Source: Octopus vulgaris (Eukaryota). Taken from it: a DNA stretch of 64,000 bases. The stretch covers positions 14,570,001-14,634,000 of the forward strand of contig OX597831.1 in the NCBI GenBank assembly GCA_951406725.2, written 5' to 3'. Position 1 is the first letter of the stretch. The number at the start of each line of letters is the position of its first letter. Position numbers and translations under genes: made by a program. This document shows, piece by piece, positions 42,691-56,799 of this stretch. The notes beneath the pieces are model-generated. The model saw only the letters and a list, made by a program, of their open reading frames with translations, was not told the DNA's origin and made no database searches.

Positions 42691-43253
42691 AGTAATAAGA
42701 GAGAGACCATATGTGGTCACTCTAACGCTAGAAATAGATCCGCAAAGGGAATCCACCACTAAAGAATTGTTCTCAAGCATTAATTCAACACGTAAGCGGG
42801 CAAGAACGTAAGCGGGCAGGACAAATGAAAAATAACGAAAAAATGGATTAACTCTATACAATTGTTTCATCGTTAATAGATTGTGTAATTTTACTTACAT
42901 AATCATTTTCGAATCCTCAGTAGAGTATATCAAAAATATAATTTGCTGAACCGAACGCCAAAATCCATACGAAGCCGAGCAAAGGCAAACGGCACAGCCG
43001 ATTATATTTGCAGTTACGTTCAAATATCCTCATTCTTGGCGCGTTGAAAATACCGGATGTAAATACTACCCCAGTAATTTACTGCCGGTTTGAGAACATA
43101 TTAATTTATAATTAAAATCACAATAAGGGTGAAAAAATTGAATATTAATTAATAACATCAATTTAGAACACCAAGTGGCCTAGCGTAAAAAAAACTGGGA
43201 TACAGTAAAAATTATTAATACAAGTAATAAGAGAGAGACCACATGTGGTCACT
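42689..43253 (-). mobile_element. 532-bp unit with partial terminal direct repeat carrying a hammerhead (Penelope pseudo-LTR/retrozyme-like)
   Basis: caagtaataagagagagacc-a-atgtggtcact occurs at 42689 and again at 43221. It starts at a (TA)n tract, and its end motif resembles that of the 6078-7919 unit. Confidence 0.65.
42851..42926 (-). ncRNA. Type I hammerhead ribozyme with 6-bp stem I and long stem II
   Basis: Minus strand reads ACUCUA CUGAGGA uucg..gauuauguaa..uuacacaauc..cgau GAAA CAAUUG UA UAGAGU. Confidence 0.8.
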
Positions 43254-43300
43254 GAAACAAGTAAAAGAATAAAAGAATCTGTATATATAAAATATTAAAA

Positions 43301-43449
<149 letters not shown>

Positions 43450-43457
43450 TATATATA

Positions 43458-43505
<48 letters not shown>

Positions 43506-44370
43506 AACATATTAGTGTATCATTTATGTGTGTGCGCGTGCGTCTGTCTACATGAGTGTACGTGCACGCATATATACATACCTACCTTCAGGTATTAACA
43601 GAAATCTCTCTCTCTCTCTTCGTATATATATGTATATATACATCCACCTACATACCTTCATATACACACACACACACATACATACACACACGCATATCGT
43701 ACACTCATATACAGATAAAGCGCGCGTGTTTGCGCGTATTAGTGCGCACAAGAGACCGAACTTTTAATCTGATACACAACAGTGTATTATCCAATTTCTT
43801 TCAGTTTTCCAGTGATAAGCATACATAAGCAATTACAACATAATGGAATCTTGCCAATTGTTGAGCTTTCATATAATGACAACCTTCCGTTGTCTGTAGT
43901 GGCAATATGGCCGACATATTAAATTAGGCTTCCACCTTCACGGATCCCGATTACTAAACTGTGAGACATGACATGTCCTTCGATAGTTAACACCATTAGG
44001 AGTTGTTGCTGAACAGACACCATGAAATTGTTATCGATTTTTCTTGGTGCCCTCATTTTTGTCTATAGATATGTGTGTTAATATTGTGTGCCTGTATATG
44101 TGTTTGTTATGTATTAATGTTATTATGTGTGTCAATGTGTAACAAAGCCTATGCATATTTATGTACGTAAAATTGTGTAGACGTCTCTGATTAGTTTTCC
44201 TATCTACCAACTCTAGAAATACATATCTGCCTATCTATATACCTACCTACCTACCTACCTACCTACCTACCTACCTACCTACCTACCTACCTACCTACCT
44301 ACCTACCTACCTACCTATCTACCTACCTACCTACCTACCTACCTACCTTCCTATCTACCTAGCTACCAAC

Positions 44371-44409
<39 letters not shown>

Positions 44410-44818
44410 CCTGTCTGCCAACCACTTTATTTATCTATCTATCTCTCTATTCATCAATATATTCACATTTTATATGTGTGTGTATGTGATGCAGTCAAAC
44501 CAACAATGATATTTTGAATGCATTTAATGTGTACGCTTTTCTTAAAGAAAAATCATCTTCCGTTCATATTTTGATATGTCTTAACTGAAGATTTCCGTTA
44601 GAGACGACACTCCCTCTCTTATCTATTTCGCAAATATCTAAAAAGTGCGTAAAAATACATTCCAAACATCATTACTTGCAGTGACTTCATCATAATACAA
44701 ATACGACTGCATTCCAGGACAAGTTAACCAGAACTGACTCCATCAGCACTAATGATATAATAAGGATTTGGAAGGCTTTGTTCTTCTTTAATCGAGTTTC
44801 TTGAATCGGGAATTCTGG

Positions 44819-44887
<69 letters not shown>

Positions 44888-45136
44888 CTGTTGTGTCTGG
44901 GGAGAGTCATTTTCTTTTTGTGCCTTATAATGTAACACACTCACCGGTAAAATTTCCACTTATTTCTTATTTTTATATTCCTAAAATTTTCGCAGCATCT
45001 TGCAACCTTTTCAATCGTCTTGACTCTTATAAGTCAATAGTCTTCTAAGGCACAAAAGGAAAATGACTCTCCCCAGACAGAACAGAATATGCTTGAACAC
45101 TCGAACTCATATAAAGAATCTTGCAAACCAAATCCC
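44888..45136. repeat. Fold-back copy of the 10675 family next to (TA)n
   Basis: 44888-44928 is inverted at about 45047-45086. Confidence 0.75.
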
Positions 45137-45226
45137 AAAACGGTTGGCCCGAGGCTATAGTAAACGAGACTTGCGCAAGGTGCCACGCAGTGGGACTGAA
45201 CCGAAACCATGTGGTTGGAAAGCAAG

Positions 45227-45280
<54 letters not shown>

Positions 45281-45868
45281 ATATATATAAATCTTTCTCT
45301 CTCTCTTTCTGTGTATATATATATATATATATATGTATATTCACACATGTCTTAATAGTTATATGTATTTTTATGTATATTTGTGTATTGTATTTCTCCG
45401 ACGAAATTTTTTCAATGGAAGTGAGCAATTTTCATATTTAGTATTCATTGCAGGAGATGAATGTAAAGTTATATATATCTTTATACTCAACAGACTGCTA
45501 AGACAATCGATTCAACCTCGCATCATCATCATTATTATCATCATCATTGTGTGAACTATTCTAATAAACCTGAAGTCACGCATGCGTTCATGATGATGCA
45601 TTTCGATAAGTCTATCTTGAGATATATTATCGCCACTCTGCTTTTCGATATATTTAACGACCAATTATAAAGTTAGAAACTGCGTCAATAATCTCTCTAT
45701 GTGACTCCTTCAAGTCGCAATTTGTTACTTCAGCAAATTCAAAGTAAATAAATTTATTTTTTTAATCTTTTACTTGTTTCAGTCATTGGAACCCTTTTAT
45801 GGGTTTAGTCGAACAAATCTACAGTGTGTGTGGTAGTGTATGTGTGTATATATATGTATATACATACA

Positions 45869-45941
<73 letters not shown>

Positions 45942-46073
45942 TCGGCCTCCTGTGCCCGACGAGTCATATTTCTGCAACGACTTTACTAAGTTTTAAATTG
46001 CATAAGGCCGAATCAAAGTGTTTTAAACAATAATATATGAGCGCGCGCTCACACACACACACACATAGGTATG

Positions 46074-46105
<32 letters not shown>

Positions 46106-46108
46106 GTA

Positions 46109-46147
<39 letters not shown>

Positions 46148-46390
46148 CATATATATATTATACATATATATATGTTTATATATGTATCACATATATATTA
46201 TGCATATTATATATATATCTATATTAAATATATATATATATGTGTGTAAGTATATGTATATATGTATATTTATATATATATATGTGTGTAATATATAATA
46301 TATATATATATATGTATGTATCATATATATATTATACATATTATATATATATCTATATTATATATATATATGTGTGTGTAAGTATATGTA

Positions 46391-46436
<46 letters not shown>

Positions 46437-46919
46437 CGTGTGAATACGATAGGTTGCTTTTAGCTTCCATCTACTAAGTCCACTCACAAGGCTTTGGTGG
46501 CCCTGGGGCTAAAATATAAGGGACATGCCCAAGCTACCACGTGTTAAGACTGAACCTGAAAAAAGAAATAATAAACTGTGTGGCTTAGAAACAAACTTCT
46601 AAGCACACAAACACGCCTGCGCCTATGTAAAAATGTCCACTGTTGGTTAAGACAGAATTGTGTCTCCAGCGACCCTTGATCGACTGAAAAATGTAGTGTC
46701 ATAATTGTTTCTTACTGGTCATTGCTGCAGCCGTTTTGTTATGGCTAAAAGAATCATGCAAAGCGAACGTGATGCATTTTGGATTTGGTGAACATTAGAA
46801 ACTTTTGTTCAGCAAAGAAAATAAAGTCCACTGTTTGGTAATTAGAATCGCGTTTATGTTTTATATTTAGGAAGTACGGAAAGGGCATATTGGTTATTGA
46901 ATATACAGGCATGCATATA

Positions 46920-47136
46920 CGAGTGGATACTGAAAATCTTCTGGTTTTGAGTACAAGAAAATACAGGAGGATCAGCTAATTATGATTCTGTTCAACACAT
47001 TCCCCTCTCAGACTGACACACTTGTTGCTGCGGTCGTTCAAGTTTTCAAAGCCCTGTAACAGAACTCGGAATTTTGGGCCTCAAATCAAACCTTTAGCGA
47101 TACTCTTAAAATCAAGAACTTTTCAGCATGCCCACG
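46920..47136 (-). mobile_element. Internally deleted mariner (MITE-like)
   Basis: TA-flanked diverged TIRs cgagtggatactgaaaatcttctgg / caagaacttttcagcatgcccacg. The interior resembles a decayed transposase C-terminus. A related single TIR lies at about 37158. Confidence 0.6.
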
Positions 47137-47175
47137 TATGTACCTCTGTATACATACCTCCCACCACCTCGGCAT

Positions 47176-47212
<37 letters not shown>

Positions 47213-47310
47213 TATATATATAAAAGGCATTCCAAAATGTAACTACATGTGGAATGTTGGCGATTTTTCCACTCCTTCTTCCTTTTCTCTTGGACCTTCT
47301 TCTGTCTCCT

Positions 47311-47345
47311 GCTTCTAAAGAAGAGCCTTGCTCGAAACGTAAAAC
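47311..47345 (+). repeat. Decayed hammerhead motif (related to 28381 and 21354)
   Basis: gctt CTAAAGA a gagc ctt gctc GAAA cg ta aaac. Confidence 0.55.
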
Positions 47346-47448
47346 ACCATTTCTTTCTTTCTCTAACCGTCTTATTAATACTTTGCATGTACCACGTCCT
47401 CTCCTCCTGTTGTTTGTTTTGTCTTTTTTCTATTTTTTTTATTAACTA

Positions 47449-47533
<85 letters not shown>

Positions 47534-47574
47534 GCTTAGAGGATATGTTAACCTCATAAATGAATGGTTACATC

Positions 47575-47896
47575 CATTGGCGGACTGGCCAGTTTTCCAG
47601 CTTGTCCGATGACATGTGGGCCCCTGCACCATTAGAATCCATATATGAGGGCCATGTTAATATGTAAGGGACTCACCCCCTCAAGTTTGAGAATTTTTTA
47701 TTCACTCTTGGAAGAATGCTTTAATTATCTCAGCCTGGCCGTGTTTGTAGACAGTTGAAAAGAATACTTTTAACAAAAAATAAAAAATAAAAATGTAATT
47801 GATAGTATTGTAGTTGTGGGTGGGCCCCTTTGTAGTTGCGGGTGGGCCCCCTTAGTCTCCTGGCAACCAATATTTGTAGTCCCCCATCTGCCACTG
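47575..47896. mobile_element. Putative MITE with CAGTGGCGGA-type TIRs
   Basis: cattggcgga / tctgccactg with internal gggcccc motifs near both ends. catc flanks both sides; no 8-bp TSD. Confidence 0.4.
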
Positions 47897-48842
47897 CATC
47901 CAAGGAAACATTGGTTTTACACCTAGTAATTTGGGGAAATGAATTTTCCATAAGTTTTCCTGACAAGGCTTTGGTTGGCGCGAGGCTATAGAAGAAAACA
48001 TTTGCCCAAGTTGTCACGCATTGGAACTGAACCCAGAGCCATGTGGTTGGGAAGCAAGCTTCTTACCACACAGCCACGCTTGTGCCTGTAGTGTAGGTCT
48101 GGTCAATTTCTGTCTTGTCATCATTTCGGTCCCACGTCGATGGTCAAGAACACTTGGCCCTTACTGTTCTGGTCCCTCAAACTGCTAATACTTTTGCATG
48201 GAGTAAAGCGATTCTCTGCTGCAGGCAGTAAGAGTATCGAAAAATTGATATACGTGATTGTTGCTGTAACTGTTGCTATAGCAACTCCATACTTGTCCAG
48301 ATCGATCGAAAGTATGGCGCGTGCATCGTTGGCAGAAGGATCAGAATCGACTACCAGATCAATAGATTAATAGAACAACTTTCACGGAGCAGGCAAACAT
48401 TGAAAATATTTTCCCCACTAAAAATGCGATCACACAGCCATTAAAAGATTAGATTTTTAAAAGGTATTTCGCTTGATTTTCTATGAATAATTAAATTTCC
48501 AAAATAGAGATATAAAATATTTTAAATGCTTTAAATGTGGCCTACTAACATTCATAAGGTAAAAATAAAAGTCGTTTTCACATCTGGATTAGATTTATAT
48601 TTCACAAACATAAATTTGAAAAACTTGATCTAAACGGAGACGCATTTCATTCACTTTCAGTGAATCGATTTTCGATGGCAACGTGTCATCATGAGAGGTA
48701 AATACTCAAATATACATTAATAATGCAAAATGGAGTCTCTGGGTAACAATGGAAAAGTAGTAAAACTTTATTTTTTATACATTATTTACATTATTTACAT
48801 TTGACAGATATTTGTCCTCATTTTGTTTGTTGTTAACCCAAC

Positions 48843-49299
48843 GTCTGCGCTGGCTCGGCCATGTACATCGCACGCCGGATGGAAGGATCGTAAAAGGCCT
48901 TCTGTATGGGGAAAAGGTCACAGGCACAAAAGCACGAGGACTACCTCATCCTCGAGTCAAGGACGTCTGCAAGAGAGATTTGAAGTCGCTTGATATGGAC
49001 GTCCTAAAATGGGAGGAGGTTCGAAATGATACTTCACGCTGGACACAAATACTGGGAAAGGGGATGAAGAGAGGGGAAGAGAAAGAGAGATCTCGCCACC
49101 GAGGAAAACCGCACTCGGCGGAAGTAAAAAAAAAACAGTAGCTCCAGTATAGAGCTCCTTCAAATGCAGCCGCTGTGTACATGACTGCCACTCCCGTGTG
49201 GACCCCAGCGGACACAGCAGGTTCTTCAGCTACATCAGCAGCTTATGCGATTTCTTCGAGCTCAGATCCATGGAGTCTCAAAACCGACGGATGACTACT
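48843..49299 (+). mobile_element. RTE-clade LINE 3' fragment
   Basis: RLRWLGHVHRTPDGRIVKGLLYGEKVTGTKARGLPHPRVKDVCKRDLKSLDMDVLKWE...RW is the typical RTE/BovB ORF2 C-terminus, followed by a decayed CxxC..H segment. Confidence 0.85.
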
Positions 49300-50226
49300 A
49301 AACAGCAGCAGTAACAAGTGGAGGCGCAATGGCCCAGTGGTTAGGGCAGCAGACTCGCGGTTTCGATTCCCAGACCGGCAAGGGGTGGTGGCGACCCCTG
49401 TTGTACTCTTTCGCCCCAACTTTTTCTCACACTTTCTTCCTGTTTCGGTGTCCCCGACTTCCTACGCAACCCCTGAGCCTGGATGCGCATTCATCCATCC
49501 GTCGATGCTATCGGTGTCAGGGGTTGACCTGCTTTCTCTTCTGCGGGTCTTACGTATAGCAAAGGACCACGTTTCGGACTTGTCCCATCTTGCGAGCTCT
49601 GGGACGAAGACCGTTCGCTCAACAGCAACAGAAGCAGTAACAACAACAACAACAGCCGTAGCAATAACATCAACAACTAAAACTATACATCAAATTGTGT
49701 TTATTTGAAATAGTGGCTTCAAGTTTTGGCACAAATCCAACAAGCTTGAGTTGCGGGTAAGTCGATCACATTGACCTTAGCTTTCTAATTGTATCTATTT
49801 TATCGACGTCGAAAGGATGAAAGGTGAAGTTGACCACGGCGGAATTTTTTAACATGAAACGCTTCCAAGCAACTTGTCCGGTTGCTAGCGATTCTGCTTG
49901 ACCGCTGCCCTAGTTGTTTGAAATATGATATTCAATGATTTTGTTTTGACCATGTTTTTAAGTCCCCTCTGACTGTTTATTCAACCAAAGTATTTTATCA
50001 AGCCGCCACTCACCAAAACATTTTATGAATTTGACGCAAATTTTAATATGGAGTCTCTTCATGTAATCCTTTGATATTCATAATTTGCCGTTAACAAATT
50101 AAAATATTTAAAACAAAATAAATTTAGATATTCCTAACTAAACTAGCAAAGGTGATCGTTTTGTCTTGCTTCTGAATCACGAACCAACTAAATTAGAAAT
50201 GCTATCATTGACTGATTGTTCCTTAA

Positions 50227-50429
50227 CCCTTTTGATATGAATCCGCCTGAAACCGTCCTTGGGGTCGAGGATACAAACTTCCTGTCTAAATTAAAATCTT
50301 TCATCAAAAAGTTTTGTTTCAAACACTATTTTGATGATAACAAAGTAATTTGAAAGACTTCTTCAATATTTTCAAATTCAATTGAAATTAAAAGTAGTGT
50401 ATTGCGATAGAAATATTTTATCGAAAAGG
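50227..50429. mobile_element. TTAA-flanked MITE (piggyBac-like)
   Basis: ttaa|cccttttgata ... tatcgaaaagg|ttaa. Confidence 0.5.
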
Positions 50430-52153
50430 TTAAGCTATCTCCGAAATAGAAAGTCACCATGTTTCACCCCTGACCTATGGATACTCTGTAGAAACATAGT
50501 CTAAAAAGAGATAATAGAAAACAACAACAGCAGCAACAACAACAACAACGAAAAATTCAGTGTCTAATGTTCTTATTTCTAGTTGTCGCGTCTGTAAAGT
50601 TAGTATTATTTATATTTCATAGCATTTTCACTTTCAAAACATATGTCAGCTTCTTTAAATTGCCGTCTGTTCTAGAAACATCGATTAAAGAAACAAAGTG
50701 TGAACGAGTTGTGTATTGAGAGAATACACATACCATGGCTGAATGTTTAAGAATTCCGTTTCGCAGTCCTGAGGTCTTCGGTTCGATCTCGCTGCATGTC
50801 ATCTCCCTCAAGTGTCTTTTACCTTAAACCTCGTTCGATTCTAGCTTTATGAGTGAAATTGTGTTGACGGAAACTGTGTGGAAGCCATACTGAGTGAATT
50901 GTGCCTGCAACCCAAAAGGTTTCCCCTTGTCACACTAATTCTGTCAGTGAATTAGTTTAAGCTTAAACGCGTCTGTGGAATACTCAACCGTTTACACAAA
51001 AATGAAATCCATTCATTTATCGCATCATAGATTAAGACAGTCGTTAGAGCGTTTGACAAATGCTTTGAGGTAATCATGGCGGCCGTTTGCGATCGAACTT
51101 CAAAATAGCGCCGATATCAACTTTGCCTTTTACGAACTAAAACCTCCTCCTCCTCCTCTCATTCTCTTTATCTCTCCTTGACTTTCCCCCTCGCTTTCTC
51201 TCTCCCTACTCCTCTCTCCGCCTTTATTGCACCGTGACAGTGTCAAGGGAGACAACTCATAGTCTCCCTTGTCTTCAGAAATGGAGGATGGTCGAGACAA
51301 AACCTACCAACCTTTCTTTCTCTCGCAAACACCATGTCTCCAAGGAGAAGAAACGTTACTCTATCTTGGATTTTACGGGAGCGGGAAACTCTTTCTTCTG
51401 CATGGCTCGTCCTTCTTTTTCGCCATTGTTTTTCTTGTTCTTTCCACTGTTCCCGTCAGTCTGCCACTCCGCTTAATTTTCCATCTCCTTCACATCATGA
51501 AAGATACCGATGGTTATCCAACAGTATATGTTAGGGGAAGGGGAGTCGTTGTTCGTCGGTTTTGGGAACTGACAACAACGAGGTAATCTCTTCTTCCGTT
51601 TCCGGAGCAGTGGCAGATGGTAGCTGGTACTGGATGGTACCAAAAGTTTCTGTGGACTTTCGTTGATGCAGTTTCTGCTGACCTCTTCCCTAGCTTTCGA
51701 CCTCCTTCGGAAAGGAAAACCTCAAATGATCTTTCCTGAAATCTGCGCTGTTTGTTCGACACCATTAGTCTTATGAATTTTCTTCCTGCACCCATGACGA
51801 GAGCACAACGTTGGAATGGTCTATGGCGTTCTATAGCGTGGGCTTTACTGGAATCTGCATAGATCCACCTGGTTACATATTGACCACATTTCCGAATTTT
51901 ATCACAACGGAATCGCTAATATTCTTCGCCGTGATTTTTGTGTTATATAATCCTAAATATTGTGAAGTAAATCTCAGACAAGGTGTGTAACTCTCAAGCC
52001 TGGCTTGTATTTTTCGCTCCGTTTTAAGTTTCGAATACTGTGCTTATAGTTCCGTAAGCTCTTCTCCCTCGATCGAAGAAATATTATTCCATATACTGGT
52101 CAGTGTTGCTATTTCATGGGGCAGGGAAAAGGCCTGTATGGATATCGAGATAC

Positions 52154-52874
52154 AAATATTTGTTACATTTTGATAAGAGAGTGAGATAGTGAGATAGCGA
52201 TGCATCTTCTTTTGTAACACATCTTTGCCAGGAAGACTTTCTCTACCAGATAATCCGTGATTTAACTTATTTATTGGAAACCGCATTAGTAAAAGCATGG
52301 GCGATGATATTTCTAGCTTATATTTTCGTTTGGAAAAATGTGTGTTATTATTGTTACAGTATTTGTTATTGCAATTGATATTTATGTCATATAATTTGTT
52401 GAAAATAATTTTATTATTTTCTATCAGAAAAATTCTCGTTCTTTTTTCCTCGTGTAATATGTGTATTCTGCTGAGAAAGTGAATTTGCTTTCTTTTTGTT
52501 TATTTACTTTTCGTAAAATTCTTCTTGTGTTGGTGGGCGTTTGAAGAAATATCATTCTTAATTTGGAAGCTGAAGAAAAAACTTTCTTTACAAATCAAAG
52601 CCATTTTCATCCAAAACACTGGTGAAAGAAATACAGAAAATTAAATTCCCACCTCTTCATGTTGAAGGTCGGTTCACAAAAATATAAAACAAAAAATATA
52701 AAACAAAAATATTTGTTACATTTTGATAAGAGACTAAGATAGTGAGATAGCGATGCATCTTCTTTTGTAACACATCTCTGCCAGGAAGACTTTTCTCTAC
52801 CAGATAATCCATGATTTAACTTATTTATTGGAAACCACATTAGTAAAAAGCATGGGCGATGATACTTCTAGCTT
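52154..52874. repeat. ~165-bp direct duplication (52154-52319 and 52707-52874)
   Basis: aaatatttgttacattttgataagag...aagcatgggcgatgata-ttctagctt occurs twice, about 553 bp apart. Confidence 0.85.
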
Positions 52875-53278
52875 CGAGAAATGTGCAATTATTAAAGTTT
52901 TATATTAGAGATGAATTACAGAAGCATTCGAGATACAGAGTCTTCACTCTACTCTCTTTTTTCATTTCAGTCTCTCATAAAGACAATTAATAGGGTGTCA
53001 TATCAATTTATTTATGGAGCATATGAGGTAGGGATCTACATGTTTAAGGTTTAAACGATAAAAATAATTACATGGTGTTAGTAAGAAAATATTTTGTAAG
53101 AAATAGAACTTTTATCATCGGTCTTAAATTTATTTTCGCCAGTGTAGTTGGCGGGTTGGGTAAAAATTCGTTGTAAGAAAAGGAAGCGGTAATAATTCAA
53201 AATAGCATTTTGTGTCTCTTATTAAACGTAGACATACTGTAGATTTATCTATGTATTGTTTTTTAATTTATTCTTCAG

Positions 53279-53623
53279 GTGAGAATGATGTTGAAGAAGA
53301 GGAAAGTAATGACGACGATGACGATGTTGATAATGAAGAGGAAAACGAGGAGGAAGAAGAGATGGAGGATGACGTTGCGAGATTCGAAAATGCGAAAAAC
53401 TTGAAAGAGCAAGAGTTATCGGACTTGGCAGCATTAAACGCTGAAGAGGAAAGAGAAGAAGAAGCGGCGTTAAATTTTCGAATGATGCTCGATGAACTGG
53501 ACAAAGAAAACAAACTTCGGAATAGACTGCTGGAAGAAGAAGAAGCAGAAGAAGAAGAGGAGGAGGAAGAGGAGGCAGAAGAAGAAGCCGAAGAAAGACG
53601 GCGAGAAGAAGAAGCTGAAAAAG
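53279..53623 (+). CDS. Coding exon 4 (345 nt; Glu/Asp-rich, predicted helical/coiled-coil)
   Basis: Acceptor tttttaatttattcttcag|GT and donor G|gtatgt. Phase 1/1. The E-rich sequence uses mixed codons and is not a pure microsatellite. Linkage across the 26-kb intron is inferred from phase and composition. Confidence 0.75.
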
Positions 53624-54423
53624 GTATGTGATGAGAGTGGGATAAAAGTACTATCAAAATGTCGAAAAGAAACGTATTTAAGAGAATGACGTTACCCTGC
53701 ATGTAATGTATGTTCCAATTCGGTTTTATGTTTGTACAGGTCCATCTAAATCTATATATTATATTTGTATGTGTGTGTGTGTTTGTTTGTGTGTTTATGT
53801 GTGTGGGTGCATATTCCTAAATTTATATCTGTGTGCATATACATATACATACTCAATGCATACGATGATTGTATTTGGCAATAACAGTACCAGAAATCAT
53901 ACTTACACGTGACAATATCGGTTTGATTGGGCAGCGACAAGGTGTAACTTGTCCAGCGCCCTCTGCTTCGGTCTCTCATAAGAGTCAGAATGTCAATACA
54001 AAACATAAACATAATATTAATAAAGGAATGACAAAAGAATAGAAGTTACGTAGTCACCTTTTTTTACCTTACAGCTGTTTCGACTCTTCGTCAGAGTCCG
54101 TACACCCAAAAGTTAGTGTCGTTGCAACTCTAAGTCGCATCCTCAGCTTTTTCAATGAAGCGTATGTATGTATGCATATATATATATATGTCAGTACGTA
54201 TGCATGTATGCACACACACAAACACACACACATGTGTACGTATGTATATCTGTATTTTTGTGTGCGTGTGTTTATGTGTATGCATAGATAGGCGTATAAA
54301 TACATACATACAGTGGCATATATTTGTAATAGAAGCGCAGATTGCGTAATGCAGTTTCGGATACTGGGTGAAATAAAACAAAAAAACAAAAAGAAGGCCT
54401 CGATTGGAATGCATTTGTTTATT

Positions 54424-54643
54424 GCCCACAAGGGGCTAAACATAGAGAGGACAAAAAAGGACAGTCAAAGGGATTAAGTCGATTATATCAACCCCAGTGC
54501 ATAACTGGTACTTATTTAATCGACCCGGAAAGGATGAAAGGCAAAGTCGCCCTCGGCTGAATTTGAACTCAGAACATAGCGGCAGACGAAATACCGCTAA
54601 GCATTTCGCCCGGCGTGCTAACGTTTCTGCCAGTTCGCCGCCT
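54424..54643 (-). mobile_element. Deu/Nin-domain SINE, near full length
   Basis: cccacaaggggctaaacatagag...aggatgaaaggcaaagtcgccctcggctgaatttgaactcagaac...gccagttcgccgcc. Confidence 0.75.
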
Positions 54644-56365
54644 TAGCTAGAAGAAATATCAACTCTCAAAAAATTCTGCCAATGCACCACCTGTGATAAT
54701 TCCTTCTTAGATAATCACAAGGTCTGAAATTTTAGTGGAGAGGAATAAATGGTTTCAGTTTCATACAGTATTTGGCTGCTACGAAATCAAGCTTCAATGT
54801 AAATCGCTTGAGCATCCACATCAACCTGTCTCTATGGTTACTGTGTAAATTTCCAGGTTCAGTTATTAATTCGTATTTTGAATGAACGAAATAGGAGTAA
54901 TGACAGCAAAACGAGAAAGATGATAGTTCCAAATGGCAATATCGTGGAGGAGATGAATAGCAAAATATTTCGAAAGGCGATACGACGTCGTGGTTAACAC
55001 GAACGAAAGTGTGAAACTATTCAGGAAATCTCATTCCACACTTAAAAGCTATAATCTTTATAATTACTAACAGAACGATATGTTATTATCTTGCAGTGGC
55101 TTTGATAAGAATCAGGCTGAATCGACGAACGAAGTTGTTTGCTTTATATGCTAATGAGAGAGTTAGATTTAAGTCAATGATAGCATATGCATACAAATTC
55201 AGAAACCGTGTTAATGGCGCTGAATATTAAACAATCTAATTGGTGTAATGTATTCAGTCTTTATTAAATTTAGCGAGTCTCTGTCATCACCCTTATCAAA
55301 ATTTTCTTGATTTTCTTGTGAAATACCAAGTATATTTGTAATATTAGAAAGTGTCACTCTTGACCTTCCATAGTGAGATCCTAGTATGTCATGTGATCTC
55401 TTTCTTCGATTGTGATGTTTTAATTGGGGTTATAAGGTGGGGGGAGGAGTTTCAAAATTGTTAGAGCGTCTGAAATACCTTGTGGTATTTGTTTGACTCT
55501 TTACACTTCAAATCCATCCGTGGCCGACTTTGCGACGATTCATCTCTCCGGCGTCGATGAAATAGCAGTCAAATGCTGGAGGTGATTTAATCGATTAATT
55601 TCCCCTCTTATCCCTAAAGCACCAGGTCCCGTGCCTCTATTAGAAACAATTAAGGGTTGTGCGATGGCAGAATCGTTAGAGCGTCGGACGAAATGCTTTG
55701 CGTTATTTTATTTGGCTCTTCACGTTCTGAGTTCAATTTAAACCGAGGTCAACTTGACCTTTCATTCCTCCAAGGTTGATAAAAATTGAGGATCACTCAA
55801 GAACAGAGTCAAAACAATCTACTAACCCTTTTCACCAAAGTCTCACGTCTTGTACCTAAGTTAGTGCAATTATTGAAGATGGTGTGAGTGCAGATGCAAA
55901 ATTGATAGAGCATCGGACAAGATGCTTTGCCGTGTTCGTTGCGGAGCATTAAGTTCGGAACTGAAATTCCGAAGTCATCAACGTCCAGATTCATCTCTTT
56001 AGGCGCGATAAAAAATAAAATAAAATACCAGTGAAATATTGTGGTCAATCTAATTGAATCACTTCCCCTCCCAAGTTTCAGGCTTTAAGTTTACCTCACA
56101 AGAAGTACCCCGAGGGCGGTGAATTAGCACAACTTTTAGAATGCCGAATAAAATATTTCGGCGGCGATGGTGGGGGCGGTGGGGGTGGTGGTGGTGGTGT
56201 TGAATATTTTATCGAACTTGGTTATTTGGATAAACACATTGTCCTTCTGTATAAACTTGATAATTATAATTTCTTGATTGATGCGATCTTGGGAGTCTGA
56301 TTAACGTCGTCCAAAAGATGAATCCGGTCTGGCACACAGATACAAAGGTAAATACATACACAAAG

Positions 56366-56401
<36 letters not shown>

Positions 56402-56799
56402 GCACACACACACACACACGAACGCACACAGAGCAGAGCAAATCAAAAATCCATTAAGGTCACACCTAGAACGCCTTTGATTTGTCTCGGCTCAATCATA
56501 GCTAAACTTGGACTAATGAAGTACAGTATTAACAAAAACAACAACAACAACAACAATAACAACAACAACAACAACAACAACGACGACGACAGCAACAACA
56601 ACATCGTGCATACCATGTTAACAAAGAGTAGCTTGAAGTTTTTCTTCGATCTAAACATATTCAAAGCGATTCCAGTTTCTACGAAAATGGATCACAACGG
56701 CACCCGGTTTGTTATCATCATTAATACACGTTAATTACACAGCAGGTCATTAGTGCTGAATTACTTCTCGCGTACATCATCGCATTTATGAATGACGCC

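Noticed and set aside
51234-51795. Overlapping 66-105 aa ORFs in non-repetitive-looking sequence
   Set aside because: No recognisable motif or consistent splice signals; probably a decayed repeat.
54067-54097. CUGACGA..GAAACAGCUGUAAG on minus strand
   Set aside because: Only 6 nt lie between the core halves, so stem II cannot form. Counted only as a decayed remnant.
55097-55230. Possible terminal exon after ttatcttgcag (phase-1 open frame VALIRIRLNRR...)
   Set aside because: Short open frame with composition unlike the rest of the protein and a weak pyrimidine tract. It cannot be supported without transcript data.
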